A stretch of 56,249 nt of DNA from Basidiobolus meristosporus CBS 931.73 (lineage: Eukaryota > Fungi > Basidiobolomycota). The notes beneath the pieces are model-generated. The model saw only the letters and a list, made by a program, of their open reading frames with translations. It was not told where the DNA came from and did not search any database. The position numbers were made by a program, and so were the translations under genes. The stretch lies in NCBI GenBank assembly GCA_002104905.1, contig MCFE01000581.1:1-56249 (forward strand), read 5' to 3'. Shown one piece after another: positions 48,415 to 56,249 of this stretch. Position 1 is the stretch's first letter. The number at the start of each line of letters is the position of its first letter.

Positions 48415-50463
48415 TCAGTTGTACCTCAATTGCCAATTCTATTGACTTATACAAGTCTCTATACCCTACACTAACATTAAGCCCAACCCCATACTCAACA
48501 AGTAATTCCATTAAAATCCACCACTCAATAAGTATTTCTGCTGTATGCTCTGGTTCCACAACTTTGGCGGGAACCCAACAGCATTATGCCACTGTTCATT
48601 CACTGGCTCCCACATGTCCTGGTCTTCAGCCGGCACTGCAAGGTATAGCTTCTCATCTGCCAGTCTTTGCAATAAATCCTTGCAATATTCCAGTGTATTT
48701 TCTTGAGCACTGCTCTTGTAGAAGTACTACAACTTCTTGGTGTGCCTATTAATGTTCCAAAACTCCACTGAAGGCATTGTGATAGTCTTTCAAGCCCTTA
48801 ATGTTGTTGTCTTGTCTGTCAGTGGGATCTCCACTCTGTCAGCCATGGAGGCTGTGGAGGCTGTGGTAGACAAATTGCCTTTTTCAGCAAACTCATCTAC
48901 CTTGCTGGTGTATAGCTGAACTGGCTGCACTTCCAACTCTTGTGAAAGCAGCTGTTATCTTGTTGGTAATTCTTTTTGGCTATGATGGGACTTATTCTGC
49001 TCCTGGCTTGCAGCATTAATTGGCAAGAACTGCGGTTTTTTGGCATGCCTCCATGTCTTGGGGTTGGGTGGATATTTTTCCCTTTACCTTTTCCTTTAAT
49101 ACTGCCAGGTCTTTCACTGCTGCTTTGTCTGAGTGCTTCTTGTAAAGAACTATGTTTTCTCCTGGATGCATTCTGCTCTGACGCATCTGTTTTGGCCTGC
49201 TTGTCCCTTGCTGGCACTCTTCTGGCAGCCTGACATTTCTTTTCCGCTTGTTTTGAGCTCTCAACTGTAGTTGTGACAGGCTCCTGTAAATGCAACTGGT
49301 TTTTATCCCTGCCAGGTCCTTCACTGCTACATAGACTGGGTGCTTCTTGAGTGGTATACGCTTTTTCCTTGATAAATGTTGTGCTGGTGCATCTGTGTTT
49401 GCCTGCTTGTCCCTAATTGGCACTCTTCCAGCTACCTGACATCTCTTTAATGCTTGTCTGGATCTTTTAGCCCTGCTTGTAACAGGCTCCTGAGGAAGCC
49501 ACTGGTTTTTAGCTATGGCACCTTTGTTCTTCTGCCTTCAATAGTTTCTGCTATTCTTAAGGTACTTTCTTAGCACACCAATGCTGACCCAAAATCCGTT
49601 TGCCCATTTGAATCCAGGATAATGCTCATGGAAAAAGTCAATTGCATTCTGTTTGGCCTTGAGTTCCTGATGGTCCCATGGTATGCCAGCCTTATGGTGA
49701 TGGCATGCTAGACTTCTGGCAGCCTCTTGTATATTAGCCCACTCTTCATTATTGCACTCAACAGCTTCATGGATCTTGAATGTCTTTTGATTTTTAGCCT
49801 TTGGTATAAACACCACATTGTCTCCCTCCCATGCTGTGATAGGTTTTTCTGTGGCCTTTATCTTTGGGCACTGTTGTTGTGCTTCAAAAACTGTACAGTG
49901 TTCTGCTGCTGTTACACTGGGAAATGGCTCAATTCTTGGCTGTGATATTGAGCTACTTGAGTTCCTACTTTGCAGCAAAGATACTGCTTTCCCTACCTGG
50001 GATACTGATTGCTCTACAAGTATTATCCACTCATCCTGTTTCTGGACTATTTCCTGATTTCTCTGGGCCATTGCATCCATCCTATCAGCCACTCACCTAA
50101 TTGCTTCATTAATGCTTTGGTATGAGCTGACAACATACTTGCTAATATGGGTGGTGGTGATGTTATCATGGCCACTTGCTGATCTTCAACTGAGGGTACC
50201 GCATTTGCTACATTCTGATCTGCCAGAGCATAATGGTCAGCTTGTGGCACCACAGAGGTTCTCAATTGTCTACTTGACTGAGAGCCTGAGGAGTCTGCAT
50301 TATTACCTTCAATGGGCGCACTGTCCACAGGACCTTTATTGGGTGTAGCCCTGCTTGTTGCACTGAATGTCAAAGCAAGCTGTTGTTCAGCTGTTCTTCT
50401 GTTGCCATCAGCAGAGGGGTTTGGTTGAGAACCAGATGACTTTGCTTTATTTTTTTGCGGCAT
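48415..50463 (-). pseudogene. Accessory protein of CACTA-like element (about 680 codons), function unknown
   Basis: Overlapping ORFs 50047-50463, 49538-50092, 49016-49423 and 48897-49295, plus a frame to about 48415 with few stops; conserved in copies 1, 3 and 4. Confidence 0.75.
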
Positions 50464-50946
50464 ATATATGGATGTGAGTCAAACCAAAGGGGAAATGGTG
50501 CTACATATACATGTGTATATGGTGCCACAACTCTATTTATAATGCTTACTATAGTGGGCCATCATTGAATCTTACATTCATGTAGGTGTGATGTCTCAGA
50601 TACAAGACTGTCTTAAGTTCACATGAATATTGACCAAAAAGTGATATAATAGTGTTACATTGTTGAAGGTCAAACTGTTTGCCCCATGGACAAGACTACT
50701 TTAACTCAATGCCATAAGAGAAGAGAAAAAAGACCATGAGGCTATTGTGGCAAGCCTCTCAGCCATGAAGCACGCAGACAGCATAGGAAGTATTCCAAGG
50801 ATCATGGCCAGTGTTTTGCCACCCAGGTCATACTTGACCAATCATTGGTCACTACTATACCAACATTATCTTGCCAGCCAGTTGATACTTCTATATTGGC
50901 ACCTGGCCATCTTTGTCACCTTGCATAAACTGAGTCAGATGAGTTT

Positions 50947-52790
50947 GTGATGCCTTTAGGCTCACCTCAGCCTTCTGAATATGTCATGCAGAGTGATAGC
51001 TATGACAATGAAGGTACACTGATGGATTTTGAGTCTATCTCCCCTAACAACAGTACCATGTATGGGCCCAGTCAAATCCCTTTATGCAATGAGATAACAC
51101 CTGCTGAAACAAATGCCAAGGATACTTTATGGAGCCCAGTAGTCCATCTACTGGTGAGTGATGTAATGTTGTGGCTAGAGAAGTGGCATGTTTCCACTAA
51201 TATCAGGAATGGGGGCTCTGAGGACTTACTGCTACTTCTTGCTAAAGTCATTCCAAAATGTAACTTACTATATACATAGTACAAGTGGACAACTGTCATG
51301 CAGCTGGCAACATATGACCTGGAGACTTTCCTGACTCCAGCTTGTGTTAACAGTTGTAAGGCACTCACATCCAACAATGCCACCATTGCTACATGTCCAA
51401 ATTGTTGGGAATCCACCAACATTAAGGGAAGACATTATTGACACTCCATATATATTCTAGTAATACCCCATCTAAAGAAGCTCATGCAGTCCAACAAATA
51501 TTGCAAGGCTATAAAGTACTGCACTCAGCATCAACCAAGCACAAACATATCCAGTATATTTGATGGCAAACATTACAAACAGCTAAGAAGCAAGGGCTAC
51601 TTTGAAGGTATGTATGACCATACCTTTGCTTTAGCACTTGATGGATTCTCATTAAACAAGTACTCTGCCAGCAAATCCTGCTGGTCATGGATTCTCATCA
51701 ACCTGAATCTGCCACCTATCTTATGGTATTAGAGCAAAAATCTGATGGTAGTCTCACTGGTATATGGGCCTAAATCACAGTCTAACCTGGATAGCTACCT
51801 GTATTCATTGCTGGATGCATTTTGTATGCTTTCTAGTGGGATGACAGTAAATGGCTGTTATGTAAAAGCGTATATTATTATCTGCATTGAAGATACCCCA
51901 GCCATAAGCAAGATAGCTGTCTTCTCTGGGCACAATGGATGGTATCGCTGCTTAATGTGTGAGATACAGGTTACTTGCTCCATAACTCACACACATTATT
52001 ATTACCCAAACACCAACACAAAGAACATCATTTTCCCACAGAGACAACTTATGGAAGTCAGCATGCAATTGCAGCAAAATTGGCAAGCTATAAGCCATCA
52101 GCTGAAATATGGTATTTATTGGAAACTGGAGATACTTAAGATAGAGGGTGTCTGTTCAAGCAAAAGCTTTCCACTGGGAGTAATGCATTTGCTTTTCAAC
52201 AATATCCCTATACTGATGACCAAGTTGTACATGGGGCATTTCAAGCTAAATGAGCCCTTTGAGATACCGGAGAAATTTGAAAGAATTGGCAGGATATTAT
52301 AGAGTGTCCACTACCTTATTTACTTCTCACAGGCTCCAATCAACATTCATATGCATATACAACAATACAAATGCAAAGACTGGATGAACTGGATATGTAT
52401 TTATTCAAGTGGCCTTTTGAAGCCATTCCTACTAAGAGTACATTGGAAGCATTGGGAGTTATATGTGGACATTGTTGGAATATTTATCCAGAAGCAAATC
52501 ACCAATGCCAACTTGATGCATCTACAGCTGTTCTGCAAGGAGATTGTAATGGAATTTGAGCAGCTACACTACAAACATAATGCTGAATGTGTAGATCTCT
52601 GCCTCTACTGTATCTATTTGCTACTCCATTTTGCTTGGAGTATGAAGAATATTGTACCTTGCTTCACCTTTTGGGAGTTTCCTATGGAGCAGATGTGTGG
52701 GTAGATAGGAAGACAAGTCAAGTTACAGGTACTACCATATCCTAGTCTCATCAAGAATATTACTTTCAAGTCTGTGATTGATGTGATGAG
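50947..52790 (+). pseudogene. Transposase_21 (Tnp2/CACTA) family transposase
   Basis: CVNSC...CPNC; ALALDGF; ILINLNLPP; YGPK...LDSYL; EDTPAISK...GHNGWYRCLMC; MHLLFNN; KCKDWMNW; WEFPMEQMCG. Confidence 0.92.
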
Positions 52791-55700
52791 TATTGTAAGA
52801 GTCTTGGAGATATTGGAAGTGATTGTGAGGACAAGTAGATTATGTGGTTTTCACTTAATGATTTATTGAATGTAAAAGTAGTATTTATTCTTTTACATGG
52901 TCTTGACATAACAAGCATGTAGAATAGGCTAAGGAAGGTCCCAAGAACATGTGTGCAAAGTTTGGGTTTGCTTGGACAACTTTGAGAATTTTCATGTTCT
53001 AGGTACCTGGTATTTTGGTGAAAATATTCTAAGTAAATCCCAACAAGGAATTTGGTCAGTATTCTCTAGGATTTGAATGTAATGATCTAAGTGACTAAGT
53101 TAGGTGAATATTCAGGTGGAAATACCAATTTTCCAACACTCCAACTCAGACAAATGCTCATACTGACTAGTCCTAATTCTGACCTAAGATATTCAGACTT
53201 GTCTCTACCTAATGGTTTGGTAAAGATGTCTGCAATCATTTGCACTGTAGGACAGTAAGCTAAGCTAACTAAGTTATTTTCTGTAGCTTCACATATGAAA
53301 TGATGTCTAATATCTATGTGCTTGGTTCTAGCATGAAAGGTCAGATTTCTACCTAATTGTATACATCCTTGATTATCTTGAAGTAAAGTAATAGGCATTT
53401 TTTGACATAGGCCTAAATCTGTAAAAAGCTTTCTTAACCACATTGCTTCTTTTGTAGCTTTACAGGCTGCCATATGCTCTGCCTCTGTGGTAGAGAGTGC
53501 TATGGTTGGTTGCTTTCTTGAGTTCCATGAAATTGCTCCCTTACAGTAAAGACAGGTGCATCCTGTGGTAGTTCTTCTGTCTTCTAAATTTTGTCCCCAA
53601 TTGGCATCAGAGTATCCCACAAGATCCTGTTCTGAATCCTTATAAGTGTATCTTAAGCAGATATCAGCAGCTCCTTTTTGATACCTAAAAATTTGCCCAA
53701 CTGCTGCAATATGATCAGATCCATAGTTCTGATTATGCTGACTCACAGCTCCCACTGAATATGAGATATCTGGACGTGTTCCAAGCATGATATACATCAG
53801 ACTACTGACCACAGATTGATAAGGAAGGTCAGGGCTTTCAGATGGCACCAAGCTCTCTTGATTTGGTTGAGTTTTTACCAAGTTAAGGTTTGTCTGCATT
53901 GGTGTAGCTGCCGGTTTACAGTCTTCCATTTAGTACTTCTTTAGTATATCTTGAATATACTTGGATTGGCTTAGGGTAATAGTCTGGGTACTTCTGTCTA
54001 TGGAGAACTTAATCCCTAAGTAGAAACTGAGTTCTCCTGGAATGGACATCTTGAGCTTTTTAGATAGGCAGTATTTAGTCTCTTCCAATGTTGCTAGGTT
54101 ATTGGTGGCTATAATAAGATCATCCACATATAGAGCTAATAGAGCTGGATTTGCTCTATCTGGCTTATAGTATATACTATAGTCAGCATCACTCCTTTTG
54201 TAACTCAAAGATTCCAAATAAGAATCTATCTTGCAATTCCAGGCTCTTGGTGATTGTTTGAGACCATATAGTGACTTTTTAAGCTTGCAGACCAAATGGG
54301 GTTATCTTGGTCAACAAACCCATCAGGCTGGTCCATATGCATGTCCTCATCAATTTCTTCATTCAAAAATGCAGTTTTTACATCCATTTGATGAATAAAA
54401 AACTTATATTTGGCTGCAATAGCCAATTTTAATCTGATGGAATTAAACTTGGCTACCAGTGCAGAAGTCTCAGTATAGTCAAGTCCTTTTGTTTGAGAGT
54501 ATTCTTTGGCTACAAGTCTTGCTTTGTATCTTTCAGCTGTACCATCAGCCTTGTATCTTATTTTGAAGACCCATCTATTTTGGTTGATTGGTAATTTGAC
54601 TAAGTTCCAAGTTAGATTTTCCATCAGGACCTGATATTCCTCAGTCATTGCAGATCTCCAAAACTTTGTCTGAGGGCTATTTAGGGCCTCTTTTACAGTC
54701 TGGGGCTCATCAATATGGACTGAATAGGCATAGGCTAAGTTTGTACCCTCATTGATATAGTAATTTGGGCTATTTCTTGTCCAATTTGATCACCATGCAT
54801 TTGATACTGGAATGATCACTTCTGGGATATTCCAGGGCACTGATTCTGGCTGAACCATGGTTATAGAGTCCTCTGGAGTGAAAAGATTTACATTGTTTTG
54901 CTCTGATTCAATCCTGACAATTGGTGGATTGGAGACCAGATTTTTGTCATCATCTGATTCAATTTTTTGTGAAAATTTGAATTTTCATCAGACAACACAT
55001 CCCTGGACTTGATTTGCTTCTTTGCTTTGGTATTATAGAGTCTGTATGCTTTACTCTCATTGCAGTAGCCCAAAAATAAGCATTTTACACTTTTTGGCTC
55101 AAATTTTGACTGATTTCTGGGCAGTTTCTTGGCATATGCTGTACACCCAAATATTCTTAGATGTTCTGCACTTTGTCTATATCCATACCATGCTTCAAAT
55201 GGAGTAGAATTATGAAGTATTCTGTTATAACTCCTATTTTTAAGATATACAGCTGGGCAACTGATTCCACCCAAAAATCATAGGATAATTTTTGATCATG
55301 GATCATAGATCCTTGCCATATCAATTATTGATCTGTTAGCATGTTCTGCTACTCCATTTTGCTGTGGGGAGTATGGTACAGTAGTCTCTTGCTTTATCCC
55401 ATGAATTTTGCAGAAGTGGATGAAGAGTTTTGAGGTATATTCTCCACCATTGTCAGAGCATATTTTCTTGATTTTTTCACCAGTTTCTCTCTCCACCATG
55501 GCTTTAAACTCCCTGAGCCTAGACAGAGCTTCTTCCTGTCTCTCCATGAAATAGCCCCATGTGTATCTTGTATAATCATCAATAAAGGTGATTAAATACT
55601 TCATCCCACCTAAGGATAAATTTTGCATAGGTCCACACAGATCTGAGTGAATTGGATCTAATTTTTTCTTAGTATTGATCAACCCAGAGCTCTTGAGCAG

Positions 55701-56030
55701 TTTTCTGGCTTGTTTCCCATATATGCAGGCTTCACAGTGCTCCAAATTAGCTGGGGAATCAATTTTTACTCCAGAAATTAGCTGATCTTTGATCATTTTG
55801 TACAAATAATCAAAATTGATGTGCCCAAATCTCCTGTGCCAAAGCATTGGTGTTTCTTCATTTAAGTTACTTATATTGGCTTCCAAATATGATGGAATAT
55901 AAGTCAACTTGTAAAGGTTCTGATCTCTGATGCCCAAAGCAATATGGGCACCATTTTGATCAGTGATCTTGCATCCAGAATTGTCAAACCTGAACTGAGT
56001 CCTTCTGCAGTGGCCTTGATAACAGATAGT
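52791..56030 (-). mobile_element. pol: Copia family A (INT-RT-RH, PPT, 3' LTR 52791-53138), 5' end deleted
   Basis: ORFs 55296-55937 (pre-INT/INT), 54226-54648 and 53930-54295 (RT, YVDD at 54119-54130), 53087-53929 (RT/RH). Confidence 0.93.
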
Positions 56031-56249
56031 AGGTAAGAAGTTCTTTGCAGATATTCAGGAGGTATTCATGGCAGAAGTAGCAACAACCAAGCATATGTTT
56101 GCAAGATGTATATGTTACCAGCAGTGCAAGATATATGGCAACTTAGCAAGTATCACACCAAAAAGCCATAGATTTGAGGTAATAGAAGTATGTCAATTGA
56201 GCAGGTGTGCATGTTTGTAGAGGTTAGTAAGCAGGAGGCCATAGTATTT
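56031..56249 (+). pseudogene. CACTA-like transposase C-terminal fragment
   Basis: Matches 15940-16150 and 43700-43890. Confidence 0.8.

Larger units (their letters stand above)
48068..52790 (+). mobile_element. CACTA-like copy 5, the most complete (left TIR, accessory gene, divergent spacer, transposase)
   Basis: CCCTATGAAAAATC terminus; both genes present and colinear. Confidence 0.9.

Overview
Eukaryotic DNA, most likely fungal (inferred from chromodomain Ty3/Gypsy, Fot1/pogo-like and Tnp2/CACTA-like remnants). It is an almost uninterrupted nest of decayed transposable elements, and I find no intact host gene, rRNA, complete tRNA or CRISPR array. Recognisable components: (i) a CACTA/CMC-type DNA transposon family with CCCTATG... 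termini, present as about 5-6 partial copies, each with a Transposase_21 gene on + and a divergent, about 680-codon accessory gene of unknown function on -; (ii) two Ty1/Copia families (A: several fragments and solo LTRs; C: one full-length element at 31600-36274 plus a solo LTR), both with a half-tRNA-iMet type PBS; (iii) two Ty3/Gypsy families, one a chromovirus and one making 4-bp TSDs; (iv) tandem LINE RT fragments, two MULE remnants and a pogo-like remnant; (v) a 307-bp MITE, a 728-bp foldback palindrome, a 1082-bp TG...CA insertion and a degenerate ~34-bp array. CpG is nearly absent from about position 800 onward, while the first ~770 bp keep it. The best candidates for something undescribed are the divergent accessory gene of the CACTA-like family (with its MITE) and the foldback element. 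All family calls are by-eye motif matches, not database results.
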